NCBI GenBank assembly: GCA_030704615.1
Contig: CM060734.1
Location: 62,806,001-62,870,000 of the forward strand
DNA from: Takakia lepidozioides
Lineage: Eukaryota; Plantae; Bryophyta
DNA length: 64,000 nucleotides
Direction: 5' to 3'
Below the pieces are notes generated by a model. It searched no databases. It saw only the letters and a program-made list of their open reading frames with translations, and was not told the DNA's origin. The translations under genes and the position numbers were made by a program. This document shows positions 36,201-48,192 of the stretch, piece after piece; positions within the stretch are counted from its first letter, which is position 1, and each line of letters starts with the position of its first letter.

Positions 36201-39200
36201 ACAGATCTCTTGGTGTTGGGAAAACATCTTTTGATCTCAGTCCAAACCAGGAAGTGGTCAGAGGTACCAATATCAGTTCTGTCGATCAGCACATTGGCAC
36301 TCTGGGGAAACAAATTTTTGTCCATTATGATATAATCCACAATGGAACGTTCCCCAGTTTGGGCTTTCTCACGAGTCCACTGCACTTGGAGCTGAAGCTC
36401 TTCCAGACAGTTAATTAACCGTCTGCCATTAGAGTTCAGCTCGTCCTCACCAAAAGGCCCAATGATATCATCCTGATGGAGACCTTTACCCACCCGGGCA
36501 TTGAAGTCACCCAATAAAATCACCTGACCTTTGGCAAGGAACGAAGCACAGTCTAGCACTAAGGGTCTGCGTCAGCACTAGGGTCCCCTCTGTGGGCATG
36601 TAAACACAACCCACAAAGAGGTCCTTTGTACTCACGCCACCCTTCAGTTTCAGTTTTAGCCAGATACTATGCTCGTACCTCAAACCCTTGTTGATAATTT
36701 CACAGTTGTCAAACAAGAAATCACGGACAAAGAATCCAACCCCTTTTTGACCACGTTTGGCAGAGGCTGCCTTGAGAGTACACATTTACCTGCCCATTTA
36801 TAACCATTGACATCTCCAACCAGTTTATCCGACGTTTCCCATGTCTCTTGCCCAGCACAGATGTGAATATCATTAGTCCGAAGAACTTGTCCCACTTCGA
36901 GTTGTTTCCTTTGGTTTGTCAGCCCTGAGAAGTTGAAAGTGCCCAGCCGCAAGCCAGCCCTGTGCATGTGAATTGTTTGTCGTCTAGGTAGCTTAAGATT
37001 GCTCCTGGACGGCCAACCGTTCTGCAAAGGGGGGACAGTTACCCCGTGTGTAGATTTTGCTCGTCTTGTGTAAACTTTGAGAATTGGTAAACCATTCAGA
37101 GTACCAAATCCTTCAGTTACACGACGTTCAGACTCCGCACACTTAGGGACAGGTTGTCCGTCTGACTGCTTGGTGACAATTACCCCATGTATAGATTTTG
37201 CACATCTTGTGTAGACTTTGAGGATTGGTAAGGGAGATATAGAGCATATGCAAGAGCTAGAAATGGAAAGCTCATTGGAAAGGGAATGCAGCCCCTTTAC
37301 TTCTCTTGTAAATAGTAGGAATAATCAGAAACCAGTCTCCTCGGTCCAATGAAGGGTCCTGAAGTAGGCAAAGACCAAAGTCATCTAGCCTCAAGTGTGC
37401 CTTAAGTGCACCTCAAAACTGCACACCCTCCTTTGAATAGGTGGTGTTACGAGTGCAACCTCTTCAAGTAGGTGTTAGTTCTAAGAACTTTCTAGATGAC
37501 CAAGGCTCCCCACTAACTCTCAACAGAGTAGGGGCCTTCATTTGTGTTTCACATTGGGAGAGGGGATGGATTTTCAACATTCAGCATGAGGAAGATCTTA
37601 CAGGATCTCTCAGCAGCATTACTTGCTTGTGGTGAAGTTATTGAGGGCAATGTGATGACTTCCTCTGGTTCATGGTTATGTATGTTTGCCAACGGTCTGA
37701 TTAGGTGAGGTTGGCATGTGACAATATTGGTACATTCAGCCAAACAAACAAGATTGAGCAAGCACATGTCCTTCAAGTGCGTGACATTGATTTCAACCCA
37801 AAGAAGCAGCACATAATTGTACGACCGTCTTGACTGATGTTTCTCTGCTTTCTTTTCCCCTTAACTTTCCCTTCACAAAGCTTTCTAGTTCAAGGTGTTC
37901 ATGTATGGGAGTAAAGAAAGAACTGGACGTACGCCTGTGGGGATGTGGAGAGGATATGGATGTAGAGGCACTTCTATTGTTATTATTTTGGTGGCCCCTG
38001 TGGAGTGAGAGAAAGGGGATCAGGAGCGACGTAGATTCATTAGAGGGATATAGATATATTCAGGGTTAGAAAGTTTCTTTGTCACAGAAATTTGCGTAGG
38101 CGGAAGCTATGTCACAGCTCCCCTAGCTGTCTGTTTTTTCTCATGACACTCGCTTCTGTGGTGGAAGATAACTGCAGGAGATGATTCATGGATCCGTGTC
38201 TGGGATCTGAAGATGCCCCGCATTCCTCTCCAGGAGCTGCCTGGCCATCAACATTGGTGATCACTGGAAACTCTCCACACTGTAGATCTCCTCCCTTGTT
38301 ATGGCAGTTACAGTAAATGCTTCCTTGCTATAATGTGGGTTGGACAGACACTCGTGACTTATTTTTGTGAGGGAAGCTCTTTGTCTGGGTGGAAATGCTG
38401 AACTGTCCACCTGTGCCTAGGATGATGCTAATATTAGCCCTCAATCCAAGTCAATGAACCCTGTCATTGGATTTGTCAGCTTTGTGCGAGTGCCACACTA
38501 TGGCTGGTGGGTGAGAACAACAGATCCACTCATAGGAGGGTTACAATCTTGTCAGATAATAGACCATGAATAGCCAAATTGTGGAAGCAAGCAATTGGGC
38601 ACTATTTATTCGGAAATATGTTCCATCGCAAAATATCACTTCCAATTGCTGAGGATCAGGAAAATACTGCCATATTTTAAAGAACATACGTCAAAGAGAA
38701 TCTTAACCAATTACTCAACAGTTATGCATTTCTATCCATTTTCGCACAATCTAGTTTCTTCACAACCCAAGGTGCTATGCATATCACAAGCATGTTGGCC
38801 CTTGCAGTCAACTACCTCTAACAAACTTAGAATGTAGTACACCAAGTTGTATGCAACATAGATTTCATGAAGGCTCTTCTCTCTGAGGAGAGTGGAACAA
38901 TGAATTGCTATTTGGGGACCTACTTATAGATATTTCTTGCAATAGATTGTGGTTGTGATGTATGGATCAATTCAGGGATATGTATCTGTAGTTGCAGTGC
39001 CAGGGAAAAAATGTCCTTAATAGAAAATTGTCTCGTTCTCATGTCTGGTCGACTCCACTTCTATGGATGCAGGACATGGCGCGTGCAATATAATCCACAA
39101 TATGAGGAGCTTGCACTTGTACGAAACCCTTTTTCTCCTCCACTTTTTCCATTTCCTGCAAATGTAATGAGTGGTAATGAGTTAATGTGCATTGAGGAGA

Positions 39201-42200
39201 TCATGTTGAGCTCATATCAGCTGGTTTGAATTTTGGCACAGCCTAAGGTTGCTGGCCATTCAATCAGCAGTTGCCCCTGTGCAAGCCTTACTTTTCCAAC
39301 ACAAAGCCCTGTTATTAGGCCACCATAGCAGGAGGTTCTGGGTTCAAATTTATATAGATCTATGTTAAAGAAAATTTGCTGTCAGCAGGTTCTGTGAGCA
39401 CCTATGCATTTTAAGACCTTAGGAAGGACTCAAGAGAATGGCAATCCTGGAGTGTCCCAAACCAGAGCTAATCTAATAGATGCTATCACTGGCCAGATGG
39501 CCTTGTTCCTCGAGCACCCTCGGCTGAATAGCTACACAGCATCTGCAATTAGAACATTTTCAGTGATGGCTGGCTAAAATATCACAGCAAATGTGTCTGT
39601 GAATACATGTGTAGATGTACATGGATAAATACATGAACAAAAAGCACTCTACAGATTGTGCATATAAAGAGCAGGAACCATGCAAGAAGAGCAGTCAGAT
39701 GGCTACACTATTTGAAGAAGGGGAGTGAGGTTGGCAGCATTAGTACTTGGTTCGTGATATGGTTTCCCTCAGTCTTTACATTGGTTGAGAGATTGTACTC
39801 ATAAGACGTTGTGTGCCGTAGCCTTGTGGCCATTGACCCCGCGCCCAGTTTGAGGGGGAACAAAAGGGACAGAACCTACCTCTGTCAGGGGCTGACGTTG
39901 GTAGTAAGACTTACCTTGATATATAGAATTAATCCGGGTTTTCCAGATATCCTCTAGAAATCCCTTCACACAAGCATCAATCTGCTGTGTGTGATTTGCC
40001 CAAAAACTAGGCCTCAGGAGGGCCTGGGCTTTCGGCTCAGCCTCGAGACTTTCAAAGTTGGTAAACAGGGGTACAGGCACAATTCCCTTGATAGATTTGA
40101 AGAGAGCGACTCTTTGGTGAGAGAACCCTGGACAGTGTATCAGAAAATGAATACTGTCTTCAGATTGCCCACACAACGGGCAATTGCACTCTCCCTTTCC
40201 TCTCTGCTTCTGTTTGCTGTTCAAAGGTAGGCTTCCTGCCCTGAGTTTAAATTTCAGTCTAGTGCCGAGAGTGGGTAGACCCTTGAGGTCATCCAAGATG
40301 TCCTCCCCCATGTCACTGACTGGAAACAAGTTCAGGGAAGTTTTCTGCCTAACTTCATTTTCATCAGACAATCTCATGGCAACAGACATGGCTTTGGACA
40401 CTACAGCCTCTAAGTCAGATTTATCCAGCAGGGTCAAGACTTGCGGATCCAGGTCCAGGTCCTTGAGAATCTCTTCTACTCTCTTCTGCCAGGACTTAGC
40501 CTGTTTGACAGGGCGGTCCTGTTTCCAAGATATAGAGTCGATTAACTTAGGATATCTGGTGTTGGGCATATGTTGCAGCTGACCCCACCATCTGACCTTG
40601 AATTCATCTCGTCGGGAGCTTAAGGACGGAATGCCAAACTCACCCCGAACAGCCACACTGGCTGTTTTGGAGCATGCTGACATACACTCCTTAAGCACCC
40701 CCACTTGAATGGATTCTAGAGACTTAGCCTGGTTGGAGTTATCAACCCATATAGCAGATCCATACTCTACATTGGTTGAGAGAGAGAGAGAGAGAGTGTG
40801 TGTGTGTATGTGTAAATAAGAGCCTCTTCCCTTGTGGGGGTGGGCTCTATCGTAAGGACCTACCTACAACTTCACTCATTGATTGACACACATGCAAACA
40901 ACTGAACTCCGTAAGGTTTTCTTTCTGTCAGCAACATCTCATCTGTGCCTTAGGTTGAACGGTATGGGTTCAAATCAAAATTTGCTACCAGCATGTAGTT
41001 CTCTGGTCTATTCCCCTCTGCCTTAATCCGCCCGGTGCATCTGTTGGTCAAGGACGACAGCAATCTGAATAATGCATTCAATTTTGTCATGGCAGAGTTC
41101 GGGAACAGACTCAGTGGTGAACCTGTGGCGTGTGCGGGGTGTGTCCAGTGGTGATTATAGTTTGATGAGGTTGGTTGCCCTTCTTCACACTATTATCATT
41201 TCATCACTCTTCTTTGTTTCCTTCAGCTTTTCCTGCTGTTGTGCAAGTTTTGAATGTCATTGCTGTCTGGCCATGAAGTTAGAATTCAATGACTGGACTG
41301 AAATTGCTGCATCTTGTGTTTATGCATCAGCTCCTGGCAGGTAGGTGATACTACCATCCCCAACCCAGAAAGTCTACTGGGGCTCATAGACAAGAGTCTA
41401 GGGATACATTGATGTTAGGATCCCAAGCCAATGTAAGCAGAAGGGTGGTTGTAGTCGCAAGCAACTAAGGGCAAGGTGAGTGTTCAGTGGGATCAAAATT
41501 GTAGTACCCCTCTTGGTTTCTGTAAGACCGAGGTTATGGCGAGGGAGGTGGTTGTAGCACTTGGCTGGACCTTAGCTGAAGTTTGTGAACTCTGTCCCTT
41601 GAAAGCAAGACCATCCTGTCAAACAGACAGAGTTGTGGTAGAAGAGGGTGGATGAGATCATTTTGGTCCAGCTGAAGCCCAGCACAATCCACTCTAGAGC
41701 TATATAGGGCCTCACATTGTTGAGCTCTAGGCTGAGGTTGAGACTATAGTAGGGGTGCCGATCTATGTCAAGTAAATTAATCAAACTCGAGAAAAGGTGC
41801 TCTGATATCTGATCTGTGGCCATGATGGTGAGGATTGTGGAGTTTTTTGCTGCAATGATGAGAGGCACTCTCCTTTCACCTCTTTTTCCCCTCAGTTCGA
41901 GAAGCTGGAGACAGGTGTGGCCCTCCTTGGGTCTGACTCAAGTGTTCAGAGGTTTAGAGCACAAATGGGGAGGATCAGAGCCGACTTTATTTTAAATGTT
42001 TGTCGCAGTAGTCTTCCGCAGTGTAATGGCTTCACGAGGACACGGCAGCAAGGTGTAATCCACTCATCTAACTTGTTTGTCTTCTTTTGCAGTCCTTTTG
42101 GTTCGTCAAGGAACCCGTTAGACTCTCTGGCTCGCTCTTACACCGAACAGGAGGATAGTGTTTATGGTCTGTTCTTTCCTGGTCTACTTCCTGCTTCTGT

Positions 42201-42643
42201 TTTCCCCTCCATTCCCGCCCATCCTCTTTCTCTTTCAATTTGTTCTTTGATTCTGTCTAACCTCCTGCAAGCTATTTGAACAGCTCTTTCATGCCGTTCC
42301 TGTTGGGTATAATAAAATAGCATGTGTGTTGATGGACACCGGGGTTTGGATGGGGTCATGACAGGGCTTGCATGGAGCTCCAGAGACCCCTGGGTTTTTG
42401 CCTCTGTCTCTTACGATGGAAGAGTAAGTTGTGGTTAATGAAAAGAAAAGTGTAGATGTGAAGTCAACTTTTTGCAGCACAATCTGTTGGGCAATCGATG
42501 AACCTAGTATTAAAGTGGTTTCCACTGCACGAGTGAGATTTTGGCATCATTTGCGACATAATTGGTGTGGTTGCATTTATGTGCAGGTGATGGTTGACAC
42601 TGTACCGCAGTCGCTACAAAAACAGCTCATGAAGAGGAGATGA
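30236..42643 (+). CDS. DWA2: WD40 protein DWA2 / EIPR1 (TSSC1) homolog
   Basis: 13 exons: 30236-30277, 30754-30837, 31715-31847, 32565-32682, 33087-33186, 33736-33863, 37740-37818, 38168-38256, 39073-39118, 41096-41169, 42093-42166, 42365-42423, 42587-42643. Motifs [73 protein letters not shown]. Confidence 0.93.
32216..32243 (-). mobile_element. 28-nt extreme 5'-truncated LINE family A insertion
   Basis: LINE 3' terminus flanked by a 14-bp TSD: AGAAGGGAAGAGAG (32202-32215) / AGAAGGGTAGAGAG (32244-32257). Confidence 0.8.
32378..32490 (+). pseudogene. Degenerate tandem duplicate of the DWA2 exon 4 region (pseudo-exon)
   Basis: CTGATGCTTGGGAGAT...TGTAAGGGGC...GGAGCAGCA...GCCTGGG...GGAGGTA...TGCCACTGGAGAATG parallels 32529-32646 with indels. 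Confidence 0.75.
33985..37226 (-). mobile_element. LINE family A (APE-RT, RTE/RTEX-like), long degenerate copy in DWA2 intron 6
   Basis: 15-bp TSD GGTAAGGGAGATATA (33970-33984, 37227-37241). APE motifs GTFNFSG, GQETW, LLGDFNAR, SDHFLV; RT motifs FLDVKKAYD, GVAQGCTLSPLLF, FADD, YTYLG. Multiple frameshifts. Antisense 3' fragment at ~34018-34195. Confidence 0.93.
39793..40767 (-). mobile_element. 5'-truncated LINE family A copy with intact C-terminal frame
   Basis: 16-bp TSD TACATTGGTTGAGAGA (39777-39792, 40768-40783). 301-aa ORF with Cys/His knuckle CPLCGQSEDSIHFLIHC; the stop codon lies a few nt from the 3' end. Confidence 0.92.
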
Positions 42644-44506
42644 GTCATCTAGCATACCCAGAAACGGTTACTTTCATTCTAGGCAGTTACATATAGGAAC
42701 CGCGACAGTCTGTGCATTTTGAAATTATTACTAATAAATCGGTCTTAGCCTGGCAATCTTTTCATGAAGATAACTGTGTGCACCCCTTATATAGGAGAAG
42801 GGTCTCTCTTGAGGCCAGCTTGGGGGGGGGGGCAAAGGGAGTATTTGTGGTATGCCAGCGTGGCAAGGAACATACGGGGGCTGGAAGGTATAGTGCAATC
42901 TTCTGCCCTATAGACGACCTAAAAATGAACTAAGAAAAATATCACCGTTCTTTCCGTGTAGGGTCTCGGAGGCTTAGCGCAGAGATTATAGGATCGTGTA
43001 TCTCATGGTGCGGAGATTCACAGGTTTAAGTCAATGGTTTCCTTTGAGGGAAAAAGCTGAAAGTTCTGTTGGCTTTCGGCCTTTCATTACCGTCACCTAA
43101 CATGCGCACATATCACAACCGACACACTTACTTGCCAAGGACGAATCTCCGACTTTGAATCTCCGTACATTGTCCTACTTTGTCTTTGCATCTCCCACAC
43201 ATTTGCGTGGTTCTAGGTTGCACCCAAAAATACACTTTTGTCGGAGATCTGATTGGTCAACCTATCCTTGTTAATGATTGAATCAAGGATATAATATGTC
43301 CGTCGGCACATGGGACGGCTGCTTAACAATGGCCGACATATCGGTTCGATATGGATGAGATCATTTTTCATCGGTGTGGAGCAGCATCTGCTCATATCCA
43401 TTCACTTTTCATCCCTTTGCACCTCGACTCCCATATGTCAGGTGAATGGTGCGAGATATGAAGATTCTGAATTGAACGAACAATATGAAGATGATTTCAC
43501 CCAGAAGCGAGATTTCAAAGCACCACACCCCACATTATATAAAGCGGAACTCAACATCTTGGTTGAAAAGAACAAGCCTCCAAGGACAAGAATGGGCTCT
43601 CTTGGTTTGGCAATCATAACGGGCAGGTGAGACAGGGCATGCCACAGCCATCCGAGCCTTGACATGGCCTAAGGTCTTCGACCACTTTTTGTCCATTGAC
43701 TTGAGCGCTTACCACCCATGCCAAGCTAGCCTTTGGAGTTGTTAGTCCACAATGCACACAAAGACAGGTGTGGTGATGTGAGTGGTTGGTCAAGGCACCA
43801 AATTCAGGGCACCACGCTCACATAAAACAGAAGACAGAACATGTACTGAGAGGACCGACCAAGCATACCATATTATTATTATCATCATTAGTGCAACGGA
43901 ATTGTTGTTCCGTTGAACACTTCCCGACCAACAATGCAACCAACTTTCCCGGCAACTCTTCATCCTTGGATGCGACGATATTCATCAGTGTGGCTTTCGT
44001 CCATTGGGCATTAGCAACTGAAAACCGCAGGTCCGTTTCATGGGACCCTCCACGGTGGGTAGGGAGAAATGGCGAGTCAAGGTACGACGCGTGGTGATGA
44101 GACATGCCACGCGTTGCCGGCTGTGGTTGCACTTCAACGGACGGCGTCGCGTCACGGCTTTGCTCTTCTGTGGGAGCTGCTTTCTCTGTCTCTCTCTCTC
44201 TCTCACTGGACGTTAAAGAACCTTTATCTTTATCTTTTATCTGTCTCTCACAGTAACAAAACAGTTGGGTGTTTGCGACGGGTCGAGAGGGAAGACATTG
44301 AATGTCAGATATGTTGATGTTCGTGTTCGCACCTCGGCTCCCACGCCGCTGCAGCTGGTCCTCTGTTGGGGGACCACAGAATCTCGGGTCCTGGGACCCG
44401 CCTCGCAAGCTAATGCACAGGAACCTATTATTAACACTCTGACCTGCACGCACTTGTGGCAAATAATTCCATCGCATTGTGCAACAAATGGAGCACACTT
44501 CGCTTA

Positions 44507-44656
44507 TCCCACGACTTGAATGCAAGCGTGGGAGCCTTGCCGGTACGGTAGCCGGGGATGGCCGTACCGGCGATATCCCGGCGTGGCGCACTGTGCAATC
44601 CCTACCCGTTGCTCCTCTCTCACCTCATGCGAGCCTGTATTTGTAGAATAAGGCAT
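44507..44656. repeat. Structured ~150-bp dispersed element (second copy at ~10528-10670)
   Basis: Clear similarity between the two loci. Stems TCCCACG/CGTGGGA and GCCGGTACGG/CCGTACCGGC. Confidence 0.75.
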
Positions 44657-44682
44657 CAGGAAATCAGTGGTGCTAGAAGCGG

Positions 44683-44790
44683 CTGGTAGCATGGTGGCTA
44701 AGGTGATGTGCAATACAAAGACGAAGTCTCAGGTTCAATTCGTGGCAGTGGGAAGCACATTGACGGATTGAATGCCACTTTTTAACTTAT
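44683..44790 (+). mobile_element. Possible degenerate tRNA-derived SINE (different family)
   Basis: A-box-like GGTAGCATGGTGG and B-box GGTTCAATTC (44732-44741), followed by a T-rich end. Confidence 0.4.
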
Positions 44791-45219
44791 TTTATCATCT
44801 CCAAAATAATCCTAAGTCCAAGATCATCGCTCCGATGCCCTGTCCCTCTCAATGTGCCAATTTCCATTGGCTATAGCATACTCTCTAAGTTGTTAGTCCC
44901 TATGACCTGCGGGCTGCCGTGCGTGTGCTCCGTGGGGAAGCTTACCTTGGAGCCAGCGTTTTCTCTAAGAAATTTGGAAAGCAGCACAAGTGGCTACAAA
45001 GTTTTGCGAAAAATAGTTGTACATTCTGTGCATCCACTGAAATTCATCCACCTTGGTACTTTAATCCATTTATATCATCCATATTTGGCAAATTCATCCA
45101 TAATTTATTTTTTATTTGGAGCAGTTTGGCGATTTCATCCATGAAAAAACAGAGAATTTGTGACAAAATATTCCATTTTATTTCTTGAGGTCGAAATCTG
45201 ACAAAAGTTCGGTATTCAC

Positions 45220-48192
45220 CAGTGTTGGTATGGTAACCACTCCAACACCTGCAAGAAAGCAATCCTAGATTAAAACCACATACATTCAAAGCTGGAGACT
45301 CAGCCAAAATGCAGAAAAAAAAATAATTTCAGAGTTCACAAGCCTACCCCTACTCGTCGTTCTCAAACAGCCCTCCCTCCTCAATCAGCTCCTCGTTCTC
45401 GTCAACTAGTATGTCCTCATCCTCCAAGAAGTCCTTGAACTTTCCTGCTTCGACTAGCTTACAATCAACACGGGCATCACTGGGCCAATTTTTGTAAACC
45501 ATTACCAATTTGTCCAGATTATCCACCCCCAGACGACATCGTCTAAGATCAGTCAGCACACCTGCCACGGAGAAAATTCTCTCTGTCTCAATCTGAGCAC
45601 TAGGTATTCCAAGAATTTGACGAGCCAACCACCCAACATTAGGGAACCTTGTCTCATACTCAAACCACCATTTCATTGGATCCAGTTTCTCCTCATTGTC
45701 AACGGGAAAACGTCGGAATAAAGAAAGCTCAGCCTTCAATAAGCACTCACTGGCCTCCTCAGTGGAGGCAGCCCTACCAAACAATCCATGTGAGGGTAGC
45801 TCAGGAGTGGGTGGATGCGGAGCTGTGCCACCTTTAGGGTTCAAGTGCTCAATCACAGTGATCAATAGTGGCAGCAATACAACTGAATCATATTCTTGCA
45901 CCAGACGTTCAGCTGACATCCTACCAATGTAATTAGCAATGCACTGTAAGCCTTTGAACTGTGGATCCAACATTAAGGCTAGCATGTTATGTGCCTTGTT
46001 CTCAATGAAATATTCAGCAAATGAAAGAAATGGGCGAAGAACCTCTATGATTTGGAGGGCCATGCGAGCATAAAACAACTCTATCTCCGCATCAAAAGAT
46101 CCATATTGTAAGCGTGGCACATGAGCTGCCTTACTTCACAATCTTCCTCATCTCCGTCATGATAGCCAAGCCAGCGAAGAGGGCATCTGAGAGCAGCCAG
46201 TAACCCCTTCGCTGGTTTAGAATGCATTGGTGCACTACAGGTGTCAAAGTGTCATCCACGGCTCTAGCTATGGCCCATGTCCACCCACTGGGAACCCTGG
46301 TTTGCAAAGCAGCAGATTGCCGTGTGTAGCAAATATTGATGGCATTAGCATACGCCAACGTCTCCTGAAACATAATGACTTTCGATGCAAATCTTGTCTT
46401 GACAGGGGTCCTAAGTTTTCTTTTGGGCAAGCCTGCATCCACACAGGCCTTCTCCCACTCCAACTTGCCCTTACCACTTTTCTTCGTCCAAGTGATGGTT
46501 TTTTGCAAGGCTGCCTGAGCCTCTTTCAAGCTCACCTCAATCATACTACCACTGACCTTCTCATCATTTGTTGCGTATTGGCATGCCTTAGACATGGCAT
46601 GACCAAAGCAAGACCCTGGTTAGGGCTTTGACAGCTTCAAAGGATCACATTTCACCACTGAAGTTAGGGCAGATTGCAAAGTCGCAAGGTTAGCCCCTTC
46701 ATCCTTTACATAAGCTATCACCTTGTCTGATAGCTTGAATTGAGCCAGCAGAGCTTTCACTTGGGCTGCAAGAGCAAGTCCAGATGTATCTGGAGCTTCA
46801 AAATACCAATTGTAATATGGCATGGACACCAAACCTCGTTGATAAAGTTTACCACAAGTGCAAAGGTATTATGTCCTGATCTTGACATCCACAAGTCAAA
46901 GGAGCAAGACACGGTGGATGCAGAGGCTATGGCAGGTAAAACATATGTGTCCATCGTTTTCTTGAACAAAGCAGGTAGATGGTCTTTCACAAGCTGTTTT
47001 CTGCTAGGGAATACAACCTGACCACACTGTCTCATGATTAATCTACGGAGCCAGGGATTCTCAACAACTTATAGGGGCATGTACCCTTTACAGACCAGAA
47101 GTACCAGATCTTCAATGAACCTCAGCTGGGCAGGATTATCTTGCCTGTATGGCCTACAACTGCCAAAGAACGAAGTGATAGCACTCGCACTCGGAGGCAC
47201 AGACTGTCGTTTTTTGGTTTTCTGACGTTTATTGCTACTTTGATCTACAACCGCTTGCCTATGGGCTTTGTATTTTGCAAGATCAGATCCATGCTCATTA
47301 GAGACATTTCTTCATTGCAATTATACCATGATCTGGATTGTAGTTTACAAAGTTTTTTCTAGTTCTGGTTGAGTTACTAGAGCTGTGAGCATTCTCCACT
47401 GAATGACACATAATGCACCTCATCAATTGTGTCTCATTCATCTCTACCTTAGCACTTGCATCGTTTAGGACAAAAAACGCCCAACACTCAGAACCTCTAT
47501 GATATTGGAGCCAAAGTCCTTGATTGGCGACCAAAACTTGCAAGCGCTGGCGCCACAGAGCCTCCTCCTCGGCAATTCAGTCTTCTTCCGCCTGATCACC
47601 AACTTGCAGGACCTCCTCGCTTGTCACGCCTGTCTCCAAGTCCTCTACATCCTCCCCAGTAGATAGAAACAATGTTTTCAGTCTCACTGATCTCTAATGC
47701 ATTGAAGAAATCCATCTCCCCTAGCTAACCTTGTCACAAAGTTGATGTGAATCCCATAAAACAAGCATTCAACACTCAACCGCATGTAACGAGCAACAAA
47801 TGACCAAGATGCTCAAAGCAATACCTAAATCGGCCTCCTTGCTTGATGCTGCATTGAAAGCCAACAAACCACCTTCATTGTGATCCCTTCCGTAGCCAAA
47901 ACCAAAGCAAGAATCTCACAAAATCTGCCGCCATCTCTAGGCTAAGCGCATTGATACCTGAACGGCGATACCACCAACCGAGTTCCAGCGAAAAAAAAAC
48001 AAGTAACAACATCAACAAAGGTGAGCCGAGACCAGTCGGCTAGGGTATCGGCCTCCCCGAAATCCTAATCATACCCTACAGGTAGGTTCCTCTACGCATT
48101 TCCTTTTCTCTGGAACCGGCTGGTAGGGGTTCCATACCCGGGTGCATAACCGGGTTGATACCCGTATTTTTGTACATACCAGACCAACACTG
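45220..48192 (-). mobile_element. hAT DNA transposon with frameshifted transposase
   Basis: TIR CAGTGTTGGTATGGTA / TACCAGACCAACACTG (15/16) and 8-bp TSD GTATTCAC (45212-45219, 48193-48200). Transposase pieces in 45350-47715: BED-like finger (CWAFF, CIMCH), SFDLW, VKDEGAN, TPVKTRF and dimerization domain WW...LARQILGIPSAQIETERIFS. Confidence 0.95.

Noticed and set aside
43003-43172. miRNA-like hairpin (GTGCGGAGATTCA / TGAATCTCCGTAC)
   Set aside because: Only ~13 bp of pairing with a large unpaired interior and no match to a miRNA family I recognise.
43818-44591. 257-aa minus-strand ORF as a gene
   Set aside because: It runs through a microsatellite, a SINE tail and the structured repeat; no domain motifs.
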